From: Polyangiaceae bacterium
Lineage (GTDB): Bacteria; Myxococcota_A; Polyangia; Polyangiales; Polyangiaceae
DNA: 64,000 bases
Direction: 5' to 3'
Assembly (NCBI GenBank): GCA_050183255.1
Contig: JBFXBK010000005.1
Location: forward strand, 1,203 to 65,202
Shown one piece after another: positions 18,389 through 26,970 of this stretch. Numbering within the stretch: position 1 is the first letter of the stretch; every line of letters begins with the position of its first letter. The position numbers and the translations under genes were made by a program. The notes below the pieces were generated by a model. That model searched no databases and had not been told where the DNA came from. It was given only the letters and a program-made list of their open reading frames with translations.

Positions 18389-19102
18389 ATGTTGCGCCCT
18401 CTCGCAGTCATCATCGCCGCGATGTACCTCACTCGGCCGGGCATGCCGTACCCGGAGGCTGAGCGCTACGCCAAGGTGATCCAGGCGGAGGCGAGGTCAC
18501 GGGACTTCGATCCTCTGAGCGCTGTTGCGATCGTCCATTTCGAGAGCGGCCTGCTGCCCCACATGGTCAGTGACAACGGCGAGGACTACGGGCTAGGCCA
18601 GATCCGAGCTCGCTACATCGGCGCCTGCAAGTTCGATGAAGATCCGGTGAACCACCCCAGCGACGAGTGCAAGGCGGTCAAGTCGCAGCTACTCGAGGGT
18701 GAGGAAAACCTGCACTGGGTAGCGAAACTCATCTCGCGCAACCGGAAATTCTGTAAGGAAAAGACGGGGAGTGCGCTGTTTCAGCAGTGGCTCGCGAGCT
18801 ATCAGGGCCTGAACTTCCCAAAGCAGAACCGCTGGTGCCAGCCAAAGAAGAAGACTTGGCGCGTGGTGAAGTACCACGCGGCGCTCAAGCAGGAGCTGTT
18901 TGCTGGCGGAAAGCTGAAGAAGAAGCATCGCGACTTGGTCGAGCAGAAGCGCAAGGAAGCCGAAGCGGAGCGTGGCGAAGACCCGAAGCAGCCGAACGAG
19001 GCTCCTCCCCCCGAAAAGAAGCCGCCGAGTAAGTCCAAGAGCAAGCAGAACGCCGCGCTGCGCTCCGCCAGCGAACTCGTGATGCGCGTGACGGAGCTCT
19101 AA
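18389..19102 (+). CDS. Lytic transglycosylase (SLT domain) with a Lys-rich C-terminal tail
   Basis: Catalytic-Glu motif IVHFESG, then YGLGQI and ...ASYQG. The C-terminal tail is KKKHRDLVEQKRKEAEAERGEDPKQPNEAPPPEKKPPSKSKSKQ. Confidence 0.7.
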   Translation: MLRPLAVIIAAMYLTRPGMPYPEAERYAKVIQAEARSRDFDPLSAVAIVHFESGLLPHMVSDNGEDYGLGQIRARYIGACKFDEDPVNHPSDECKAVKSQLLEGEENLHWVAKLISRNRKFCKEKTGSALFQQWLASYQGLNFPKQNRWCQPKKKTWRVVKYHAALKQELFAGGKLKKKHRDLVEQKRKEAEAERGEDPKQPNEAPPPEKKPPSKSKSKQNAALRSASELVMRVTEL

Positions 19103-19125
19103 CGTCCGTTTGGGTTGGGGGGAGG

Positions 19126-20076
19126 TCAGCCTGTGAGCGACGCTAGGGCAGCGGACGCCGCTGTGAGTTCGGGTTGATCTTCGTCAGCGTAGAAGCCGCG
19201 ATAAGACTCGGGCAGTAGCCTCGCGATGGCTAGGCCTACCGCGTGCATTTGAGTGCCGCGTTTCCCTTCGGAAGCTTCCACCAATGCCTCGGCGCTCAGC
19301 GGTGTACCCACCACGGCGTCGACATGCGTGGTGTGAGCATGCTCCTCGCCAATCGGGACCAAGTGCTCTGTGCCAGTGAGCGCTAGCGGAATGATCTGTG
19401 TCCCTGGTACCTCGAGGTAACGGGAGACCGCGCCTAGGGCAGGCTGCATGGCTGCGCTGCGACTCCGCGTACCCTCTACGAAGACGAGTAGGTGGTCCCC
19501 TGAACGCAGGCGCTCTTCGCAGGTACTGATCGTCTCCGCTGCCAGGCGCGCGACTTCACGACGCGGCATCACCGCTTCGCCGGATGCGCGACTAGGACTC
19601 TGCGGCAGCTTGATTGCACCGAAGCACAAGCTGCTGAAGCGCCTGAAGGCGTCAGTGAAGACCTTCGGCCCCGCGAGCACGCACAGTCGCTCTACGCTCG
19701 CGGCGTGCCCTTCGCGCTCGAGCAGATATGCGAACAGATTCGCGTCGGAGAAGGAGAGGTGATTGGCCAAGTACACGCTCGGCGTGCCGTGCGCTGGTAG
19801 GTGCTCCGCTCCGCGAAGCGTCGAGTCGGCCGTGACGGTGAGCTCACCGAGGGCGTAGTTGATGCGGCGCGCGAGGGGGTTCGGAGGGAAGTAGCCCCAG
19901 CCTTCGCCCGTGGTCATCAGGCGCTGCAACAACTCGCGCTGTGCGGTGTCGTCTTGCTCGGCGAGCAGAGACGTCAGACTGGAACGGACTTCCTCCGACA
20001 GAGCAGGCGTAACGAAGCTCGCTGCGGTCTCCACCAGCATCCGGACGCCGTCCTCGAGGGCCATGGAGGCGACCAT
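19126..20076 (-). CDS. plsC: 1-acyl-sn-glycerol-3-phosphate (lysophospholipid) acyltransferase
   Basis: HX4D motif ANHLSFSD and motif III FVEGTRSRS. Confidence 0.75.
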   Translation of the reverse strand: MVASMALEDGVRMLVETAASFVTPALSEEVRSSLTSLLAEQDDTAQRELLQRLMTTGEGWGYFPPNPLARRINYALGELTVTADSTLRGAEHLPAHGTPSVYLANHLSFSDANLFAYLLEREGHAASVERLCVLAGPKVFTDAFRRFSSLCFGAIKLPQSPSRASGEAVMPRREVARLAAETISTCEERLRSGDHLLVFVEGTRSRSAAMQPALGAVSRYLEVPGTQIIPLALTGTEHLVPIGEEHAHTTHVDAVVGTPLSAEALVEASEGKRGTQMHAVGLAIARLLPESYRGFYADEDQPELTAASAALASLTG

Positions 20077-20156
20077 AGCAGCACAACCAAGTCAGGGTAC
20101 GCCCATCCGACGCAGGAACTTAGGAGCTTTCAGATGCTAGACTACGACCCACGCCT

Positions 20157-21122
20157 ATGGACCTTGAGCGCATGCTGGAAAAGTGTCGCCGTGAGCAGTG
20201 GAGCGTTGAAGAGCTCGATTGGAGCGGCACCCCTCGGCCGATGTCTGCGGATGATGAGCGAGCCATCGTTCAGTACTTCACCGACATGGCGGGAATCGAG
20301 CGGCTGGCCGGAGCGCTGTTCGAAGAGCAGCGTCGCCGTGCAGACGACCCCACGCTGGAGGCGATCTTCGCGACCTTCGTCGAAGACGAGGAGCGCCATG
20401 CTCGGGCGGCAGAGCGACTCGCGCGTTACTACGACACCCGCAAGCTCCAGACCTACGAGATGAACAAGGCGCTCCAGCGCTTCCGTCCGCACTTCGTCGC
20501 CTCCGTGAAGTATCTCTCTGCGGAAATTGCAAACGCCTACATCACCAGCGGCGAGCTGATCCTGGATATCGCGCTGCTGCGTTCGATCAACGACTACGTG
20601 CACGACACGATGAGCGAACGGGCGATGAACCTGATCAACCGGGACGAGTCACGTCACATCGCCATCGACTTCCACATGATCGGCTACTACTCGTCGCAGG
20701 CTTACGCTGACAAGCTCTCCGCAGAGCCGCGCAAGCCGCTCAGAGTGCAGCTCTCTGCGCTGTGGTCGTTCGCCCACGTGCTGTACTACGGTGCCCCTTT
20801 TTTCCGCGGGGTATTCTTCAAGCCGATGCAAGTGGTGGACCCGACCGGCGTGCGCATGAAGGAGGCGTTCAAGCGCATCCAGCTGCTCAGCAAGAAGACC
20901 GGTGTGCGTCGCAGCGCCTTCGTGAAGTTCATGGAGCGCTTGCAAGATCAATACAACGACTCCGCGTTCACCCGCGTGGTGTTCGGGCGCGCCATCGAGC
21001 GTTTCCTGGGCGTCGGACCCGAGATGATTGCGCGGCTCTACGATGAAGCTGAGCGCGAACGCGCCTCCCGCATGAGCTACGAAGAACTCGCGGCGGACGC
21101 GCTACAGGCCAAGTTCGCCTGA
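20157..21122 (+). CDS. Ferritin-like diiron-carboxylate protein (AurF / acyl-desaturase-like)
   Basis: Two EXXH motifs in helical context, FVEDEERHARAAE and NRDESRHIAIDFH, plus further conserved acidic residues. Confidence 0.55.
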   Translation: MDLERMLEKCRREQWSVEELDWSGTPRPMSADDERAIVQYFTDMAGIERLAGALFEEQRRRADDPTLEAIFATFVEDEERHARAAERLARYYDTRKLQTYEMNKALQRFRPHFVASVKYLSAEIANAYITSGELILDIALLRSINDYVHDTMSERAMNLINRDESRHIAIDFHMIGYYSSQAYADKLSAEPRKPLRVQLSALWSFAHVLYYGAPFFRGVFFKPMQVVDPTGVRMKEAFKRIQLLSKKTGVRRSAFVKFMERLQDQYNDSAFTRVVFGRAIERFLGVGPEMIARLYDEAERERASRMSYEELAADALQAKFA

Positions 21123-21134
21123 GGTCGTAGCTGC

Positions 21135-22217
21135 TCAACGCGAGCAGGCGTCCTTGCTCTTGCACACGTTCGCGTCGCAGTTCCCCGAGTAGCACATGCT
21201 GTCTGTCTCGCAGCTGCCCCCGAGGCGTTGGAGGTTCCGACAGGTGCCGTTCACGCAGCGCGCGTAGGGCTGACACTGCGGGCCGAGGGCTTGTGCGCAG
21301 GGCTGGCCGGCTGCTGGCAGCTCTGTGCACGTCCCAGCGTCTGCACTCTCGAGTAGACAGTACGCGCTGTCTCCGCATCCGTCGGGAAACGCTGGAACGC
21401 AGCTCTGCCCCAGAGTCGAGAATCTTTGGCAGGTTCCAGACGTTCCGCCGCTTGGCACGCAAGTTAGATCGAGGGTGCAAAGCGGGCCGCCAGCGATATC
21501 GCACGCCTGTCCCTCATGAGTCGTGAAGAGGGAGTCGACGTCTTCGCAGCGGCCCGGAGCGTCTGCCGTTGCGCCGAAACAGAACGCACCGGCTGCGCAG
21601 GGCACGCCGCCTTCATCGCAAGCGGAGCCCTTCGTTAGCGGCGCTGCGCAGGTGCCTGCGGGCGCACAGACGAGTCCGCTGCCACAGGCAAAGTCGCCGC
21701 TGCATGGCGCTCCAGCGGCGCCGCGCTCAGTGCATTTACCCGGGCAGGAGCTCGCAGCGTCACAGTAGCGCGTGTTTCCGCACTCAGCGTCGACGTTGCA
21801 GTCCCCGCCGAGGGCCGTCGTGCCCTCGATGGTGTCGTCGCACACCTTGGGGAGACCCCCGAGCAACACGTCGCATTGACCGTTGGCAATCGCGTCGAGG
21901 CACGCGCGCGCGGCGGTCGGGTGATAGACGACGCTGCCATCGGCGACTCCAGCTGCTAGCGCCGGGTAGTCGCCATCCCTGAAGATTCGCCCCTGAAGCT
22001 GCTCGCAGTCTTCGTTCGGCACGTAGACCGCTGTCAGCTCCGCGCCGCAGCCGCTGAGGAGCTGACAGATCGAAGTGGTGAGCTCTGCTGGCAAATCCTC
22101 GAACGGGATGCCCGCGTCGCCACTCCCCGCGTCGTCGCTCGAACTACAACCCACCGCGAACAGGCCCAGCGCGACCGCTGTGGCTCCCAATCCCGAAAGC
22201 AAGCGCAACATGTCCAC
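21135..22217 (-). CDS. Cys-rich secreted lipoprotein
   Basis: MDMLRLLSGLGATAVALGLFAVGC is a signal peptide with a lipobox. The mature part contains dozens of Cys residues in recurring C-x(n)-G-x-C patterns. Confidence 0.7.
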   Translation of the reverse strand: MDMLRLLSGLGATAVALGLFAVGCSSSDDAGSGDAGIPFEDLPAELTTSICQLLSGCGAELTAVYVPNEDCEQLQGRIFRDGDYPALAAGVADGSVVYHPTAARACLDAIANGQCDVLLGGLPKVCDDTIEGTTALGGDCNVDAECGNTRYCDAASSCPGKCTERGAAGAPCSGDFACGSGLVCAPAGTCAAPLTKGSACDEGGVPCAAGAFCFGATADAPGRCEDVDSLFTTHEGQACDIAGGPLCTLDLTCVPSGGTSGTCQRFSTLGQSCVPAFPDGCGDSAYCLLESADAGTCTELPAAGQPCAQALGPQCQPYARCVNGTCRNLQRLGGSCETDSMCYSGNCDANVCKSKDACSR

Positions 22218-22304
22218 CAGTCTAGCAGGTGTTCAAAAACACCCTGCAAGCCCGCGACGAAGGGCTGTCACCGATGAAGCGTGGCGCTGCCTACCGAAGC
22301 CTTG

Positions 22305-22835
22305 TCAGGGCTTGGCTGAGGCTTTGCTCCCCGCCTTGGGCTTGTCTGCCGCGATCGCCGCTTCCGCAAGCTCCGCGAGCTCCGGATCCAGCTCGTCCTT
22401 CGCGGGCAGCGCACCCTTCTCGGTGGCGTTGCCTCGGGCCCAGACGTTGCGCTTGGTGTGCAGGAAGAAGACCGTGAACAGGCCGTACTCACCGAGCATC
22501 AGCAGCAGCAAGGAAAAGTGCGGAAAACCGTCGATGAAGAGCGAGATGGTGCGAGACAGCGGCATCAACAGCAGCACCACCACGAACAGCGTTGCATGGC
22601 GCTTCTCCGTGAGGATCTGCTTGTTGAGAACAGCGACGGCAGCTCCAAAGCCAATCGCGACGGCGCCCATGTAGCGCAGCTGGTTGAGCAGCGACGCGAC
22701 GCCGCTCTGTTCCAGCATCTCGGTGCTGACGCCCACCATTTGCGCGGCATCCTTGGCGCCGATCAGCATCGCGCCACCCGCGCCAATGAACACAAGGACG
22801 TAGAGCCACAAGCAAATCCGAGCCAGCGCTTTCAC
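22305..22835 (-). CDS. Small integral membrane protein (about 4 TM) with a charged C-terminal tail
   Basis: Hydrophobic segments ICLWLYVLVFIGAGGAMLIG, YMGAVAIGFGAAVAVL, LFVVVLLLMPL and LLLLMLGEYGLFTVFFL. I recognise no family. Confidence 0.6.
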   Translation of the reverse strand: MKALARICLWLYVLVFIGAGGAMLIGAKDAAQMVGVSTEMLEQSGVASLLNQLRYMGAVAIGFGAAVAVLNKQILTEKRHATLFVVVLLLMPLSRTISLFIDGFPHFSLLLLMLGEYGLFTVFFLHTKRNVWARGNATEKGALPAKDELDPELAELAEAAIAADKPKAGSKASAKP

Positions 22836-22988
22836 GTCGTGCAGTATCTCACGCGGGCCGCGTCAACCCAAGCGCCGCTCACTGCCTGACTCAGGAAGCG
22901 CTCGGAGGCTCCGGGCCGTCTCCGGTGCCGCGGCTTCGCCCGTCTCGTTCTGGTGCAGCCGCCCGACCCACAACCCGGCTCCGGGCAA

Positions 22989-23969
22989 CTAGCGCAAGAG
23001 CCCGCGTTTGCGGAAGTACGCGATGGCGTCGGAGAGCGTTTCCCCGAAATCGCGGTAGGTCGCGCCCAGCTCGAGGACCGATTTCTGGTTGGAGTAGAAC
23101 CCGGGCTTGAGCGTGTACTCGAAGAAGGCGCTGGTCACTGGTGGCTCTTTTCCGCGCAGAAGTGCGATACGCTCCATGCCTCGTACCAGGCGCTTCGTTA
23201 GGCCCGTCGGTAGCCGTCGGATGGATCGGGTATCGCCAGACGCTTTCATGATCGCGCGCATCAGGTCGGCGTTGCTCAAGTTGTGCGCGGTCGCGATGTA
23301 GCGCTCGCCTGCTCGGCCCTTCTCCGCTGCGAGGATGTGCACTCGCGCGGCGTCGCGCACGTCGACGTAGCTCATACCGCCGTCCGTGGTCACCGCTGGT
23401 CCGGGGGTCTGAAGCGTGTTGATCACCGTCTGCCCTGTCGGCGTTGGCGCGATGTCTCCCGGGCCAAGCACCGCCCCGGGGCAAACGACCCGCACGTCCA
23501 TACCCCAGGCGGCGAAGCCTTCGGCCACCTCCCGGGAGTGGTACTTCGAGCGGCTGTAGTGCATCTCGACGTCCCAGGCCTCGTAGGCTGAGCTCTCGTC
23601 GCCGAGACGCCCTGGCGCCGGTCTCCCCAAGGAAACAATGCTCGCGGTGTAAATGGTCCGCTCGACGTCCGCTCGCCGGGCCGCTTCAAGCATGTTGAAG
23701 GTGCCGCGAAGGTTCACCTCGTACATCGGGCGAGGGTCCAACATGAACGACTTGTAGATCGCTGCCGCGTGGAACAGCGTGTCGACGCCGCTGACCGCGC
23801 GTCGACAGGCTTCCAGGTCGAGCACGTTGCCCCGTTGGATCTCCACATCGAGGCCTGCGAGGTTGTCCGTAGGCTCATTCGGCAGCGCCAGCACGCTGAC
23901 CTCTACGCCTCGCTCGAGCAGTAGCCGCACGATGGAACTACCCAGGAACCCGCAGCCGCCGGTGACCAT
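22989..23969 (-). CDS. NAD(P)-dependent epimerase/dehydratase family SDR
   Basis: MVTGGCGFLGSSIV is a GxxGxxG Rossmann motif and YSRSK is the YxxxK catalytic motif. I use the ATG at complement 23967-23969 (or the GTG at 23981, next to GGAGGGAA). The track N-terminal 85 aa from 24224 look non-coding. Confidence 0.8.
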   Translation of the reverse strand: MVTGGCGFLGSSIVRLLLERGVEVSVLALPNEPTDNLAGLDVEIQRGNVLDLEACRRAVSGVDTLFHAAAIYKSFMLDPRPMYEVNLRGTFNMLEAARRADVERTIYTASIVSLGRPAPGRLGDESSAYEAWDVEMHYSRSKYHSREVAEGFAAWGMDVRVVCPGAVLGPGDIAPTPTGQTVINTLQTPGPAVTTDGGMSYVDVRDAARVHILAAEKGRAGERYIATAHNLSNADLMRAIMKASGDTRSIRRLPTGLTKRLVRGMERIALLRGKEPPVTSAFFEYTLKPGFYSNQKSVLELGATYRDFGETLSDAIAYFRKRGLLR

Positions 23970-24294
23970 TGCTCGCTTCACATTCCCTCCTGGATAAAGC
24001 GCTGAACCATGGGGCGCGAGGGTACTACAGGCCAGCGATCGGCCGCTCCCGGCTTCGGGAGACGCTCGGGATGCGTTTGACGCGGTCGCAATCTGCCAAG
24101 CCTGGAAGGTTGTTCCAAAGCCATGACGAACGTTTGCGTGTCGACGCCAAAGCAGCGGAGCGGCTCGTCTTTGGCCTGCTCTGCCTAGCGGCCGACCTGG
24201 AGCCTCCGCTAGAATGTGTTTCACCGCGCTGGGGTGTGGTTCCAGCGCTCAGCCTGCCGTGTTTCTCTGCGGCGCTGCATCGGAAGGACGAACA

Positions 24295-25458
24295 ATGAGC
24301 GGCCTGATTGCCCCGGCACCAAGCGTTTCTCTCCAGCGCATGGCCTTCGCACCGACCCTGCTGGTCATCGCACTCGGACTCGCTGCGGTGGGCTGCGGCA
24401 GCGACGAAGCCGTCGAAGGCGAGGGCGCGGTTCAAGTGGGTTTCGACGACGCAACAATGCAAGAGCTGCATGAAGCAGGCGTCGACCGCTACATCGGCAA
24501 GTTCAAACCTGAAGAGGTCAGTGACTACGGCGAAGGGCTGTACGGCTTCCGCTTCGCCGCAGACGAACACGGACCCATCTGCCTGTGGGGTGATCCTTAC
24601 GCCTTCGGCTTGCAAGACACTGGCTCCGAGGATCTGCTCATCTACCTGCAAGGCGGCGGCGCGTGCTGGTCAGAGCTGTGCTCCGCCAACACCAAGGCCG
24701 GAGATCGGGTACCCACGCTTGGCTGGACGGATCCCTCGACGGAGCAGAATCCCTTCTACGGCTACAACATGGCCCACGTCGCGTACTGCGATGGGTCGGT
24801 GTTCAGCGGGGACAACGAGATCGATCAGGGCGACGGTACCATCCGCTATCATCACGGCCTCGCGAACCTGACGGCCGCGATGGATGTGCTCAAGGAGCGC
24901 TATCCCGAACCAAAGCGCATCGCGCTCGTTGGCTCGAGCGCCGGAGGCTACGGCACCATCATTGGCACCGCGGCGGTGCGCATGCAGTGGCCAACCGTGC
25001 GCCTCGACGTGATCAACGACGCAGGGCTCGGCCTGACGAACCCTGAGCGCCCCGAGACCCTCGAGAAGTTCAAATCCGAGTGGAAATTTGACCAGTTCAT
25101 CCCAGCGTCTTGTGAGACCTGCCAGGAGGGGCAGTTCTCCGAGATGATCGCCTGGGCACTGGACCGCGACCCGAGCCTGCGGGTGGGGGCGTTCTCCTCC
25201 TACGAGGACGCCGTGATCGGCGGTGTCTTCCTCGGCATGGACGGCGAAGCTTTCAAGGCGCTCTTGCTGAAGGAAACTGGGAGCATTCACGAGCGTAGCC
25301 CGGAGCGCTTCAACCGCTTCTACATCTCGGGGTCCCAGCACACTGCGGCGATCGGCCTCTACGACCACGAGGTGGACGGCATGTTGCTCACCGATTGGGT
25401 TGACGAGATGCTGGTTGAGGACCCGAAGTGGCCAGATCTGCTACAGACTGAGGACTGA
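24295..25458 (+). CDS. Pectin acetylesterase / Notum-like (PAE family) secreted esterase
   Basis: Motifs LIYLQGGGACW, VAYCDGSVFSG and LVGSSAGGYG, plus the signal/lipobox-like LGLAAVGCGSDE. The ATG at 24295 is preceded by GGAAGGA. An alternative ATG lies at 24340. Confidence 0.65.
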   Translation: MSGLIAPAPSVSLQRMAFAPTLLVIALGLAAVGCGSDEAVEGEGAVQVGFDDATMQELHEAGVDRYIGKFKPEEVSDYGEGLYGFRFAADEHGPICLWGDPYAFGLQDTGSEDLLIYLQGGGACWSELCSANTKAGDRVPTLGWTDPSTEQNPFYGYNMAHVAYCDGSVFSGDNEIDQGDGTIRYHHGLANLTAAMDVLKERYPEPKRIALVGSSAGGYGTIIGTAAVRMQWPTVRLDVINDAGLGLTNPERPETLEKFKSEWKFDQFIPASCETCQEGQFSEMIAWALDRDPSLRVGAFSSYEDAVIGGVFLGMDGEAFKALLLKETGSIHERSPERFNRFYISGSQHTAAIGLYDHEVDGMLLTDWVDEMLVEDPKWPDLLQTED

Positions 25459-26120
25459 TGTCCCTACGCAGCCTCGGCCTCCCAGACAACGTCTACTCCT
25501 ACTTGCTCGAACACTCCCTGCGTGAGCCGGAGGTGCTCGCGGCCTTGCGTCAAGAGACGGCGGAGCACCCCGCCGCGCGCATGCAGATCTCACCTGAGCA
25601 AGGGCAGTTCATGCGCTTGCTGGTCGAGCTCATGGGGGTGAGGCGCGCCATCGAGGTCGGCGTGTTCACCGGCTACAGTTCGCTGAGTGTGGCGCTGGCC
25701 ATGCCAGAGGACGGCAAGCTCCTGGCGTGCGACGTGAACGCGGAGTTCACCGCGATCGCCAGGAAGTATTGGGAGCGCGCCGGCGTCAGCCACAAGTGTG
25801 AGCTGGTGCTCGCTCCGGCCGCGGAGACCCTCAAGGCGCGGCTCGCTGCAGGCGAGGCAGGTAGCTACGACATCGCCTTCATCGACGCGGACAAGGGCGG
25901 TTACCTGACCTACTACGAGCACTGCCTCGAGCTCTTGCGCCCCGGTGGCTTGATCCTCGTAGACAACGTGTTGTGGAGTGGCGCCGTCGCGGACCCTTCG
26001 GATCAAGACGAGGACACCGTGACCATCCGCAAGCTCAACGAGCATCTTCACCAAGACGAGCGCGTGAGCGTGAGCATGCTGCCGCTGGGCGACGGCCTGT
26101 ACCTCGCGCGCAAGCGCTGA
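25458..26120 (+). CDS. Class I SAM-dependent O-methyltransferase (caffeoyl-CoA OMT-like, family 3)
   Basis: PEQGQFMRLLVELMGVRRAIEVGVFTGYSSL is SAM motif I. It is followed by LLACDVN, FIDADK and LILVDNVLWSG. The ATG overlaps the upstream TGA (TGATG). Confidence 0.85.
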   Translation: MSLRSLGLPDNVYSYLLEHSLREPEVLAALRQETAEHPAARMQISPEQGQFMRLLVELMGVRRAIEVGVFTGYSSLSVALAMPEDGKLLACDVNAEFTAIARKYWERAGVSHKCELVLAPAAETLKARLAAGEAGSYDIAFIDADKGGYLTYYEHCLELLRPGGLILVDNVLWSGAVADPSDQDEDTVTIRKLNEHLHQDERVSVSMLPLGDGLYLARKR

Positions 26121-26174
26121 ACTCGCTGCCTAGCGCGGACGCCTGTGTTGCCGCGCGGAAACCCGTGCGGGCTC

Positions 26175-26936
26175 TCAGTTTGCCTGCAGGTGGGGCAATG
26201 CCCACTCGCAGAAAGCCTCGAAGTAAGCCCGCAGGCCATCGCTCTGGTCTTTCCACTGGCAACCGAGGAACTCGTGGAAGAGCTGCACCGCCAGGGCACC
26301 GGCGGGGTACACCTCGGAGGCGCCTGGGCGCGACGCTTCCCACTCCGCTTGGCCCCAGGCGGCAGCACGTAGGTCGCTGCCGAGCGCCGGTCCGAGTGCC
26401 ATGCGCTGGTACGAGACGGCGCCCGCTGCCTGGGTCACGAGGTTCAGGCTGCGCCCGGGGTCGTCGATGGTGTCGAGGGTCATCACCGCGCAGCCGGCAG
26501 CGTAGTTGGCTGCCAAAGCGGCGTAGCGCAACACCACGGTGGTGGCGTGGCGGTCGAGGCCTGTCTCGGCCTTGCGCTCCATCACCCGGAGCGTTGCTTC
26601 CACCGTCTCGCTCGTGCGTTTCTCTGCGGCAACGATGGCGTTGAAGGCTTCGCTGCGTGCCTTGCGTACAGCCTCGATGCTGGCCTTGCCTTGGACCCAA
26701 GCGAAGGCCACTTGAAGCTGATCGAGTAGTGGGCGGTTGGCGCCTGGAGGCATCGACTGGCGCAACGCGTAGTCGGCGAACGTCAGGCAAAGGTGGACCA
26801 GCGCGCGGTGCGTTTCATCGCCGCGTGCGCAGATCTTCGCGGCGCGCTCGATGGGGAGAGGAGCCGCGCCGGTGATTTCTTCGCCTTGGTGGACGATGCG
26901 CAGCTGGAGCTTGCGCTTGATTCCTGGGCTTGCCAT
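26175..26936 (-). CDS. Hypothetical cytoplasmic all-helical protein (possible Imm5-like immunity-type fold)
   Basis: Continuous 253-aa frame with good codon bias. The pattern ...HLCLTFADYALRQSMPPGANRPLLDQLQVAFAWVQGKASIEAVRKARSEA... recalls Imm-5-like helical-repeat proteins. The family call is weak. Confidence 0.5.
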   Translation of the reverse strand: MASPGIKRKLQLRIVHQGEEITGAAPLPIERAAKICARGDETHRALVHLCLTFADYALRQSMPPGANRPLLDQLQVAFAWVQGKASIEAVRKARSEAFNAIVAAEKRTSETVEATLRVMERKAETGLDRHATTVVLRYAALAANYAAGCAVMTLDTIDDPGRSLNLVTQAAGAVSYQRMALGPALGSDLRAAAWGQAEWEASRPGASEVYPAGALAVQLFHEFLGCQWKDQSDGLRAYFEAFCEWALPHLQAN

Positions 26937-26970
26937 CGGCGCGTCCTATACGACACCCTGCGGCTCACGC

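Noticed and set aside
22218-22304. Imperfect hairpin GCAGGTGTT-CAAA-AACACCCTGC between two minus-strand genes
   Set aside because: The stem has a bulge and no convincing T-tract follows it on the minus strand. It might be a weak terminator, but the support is not strong enough.
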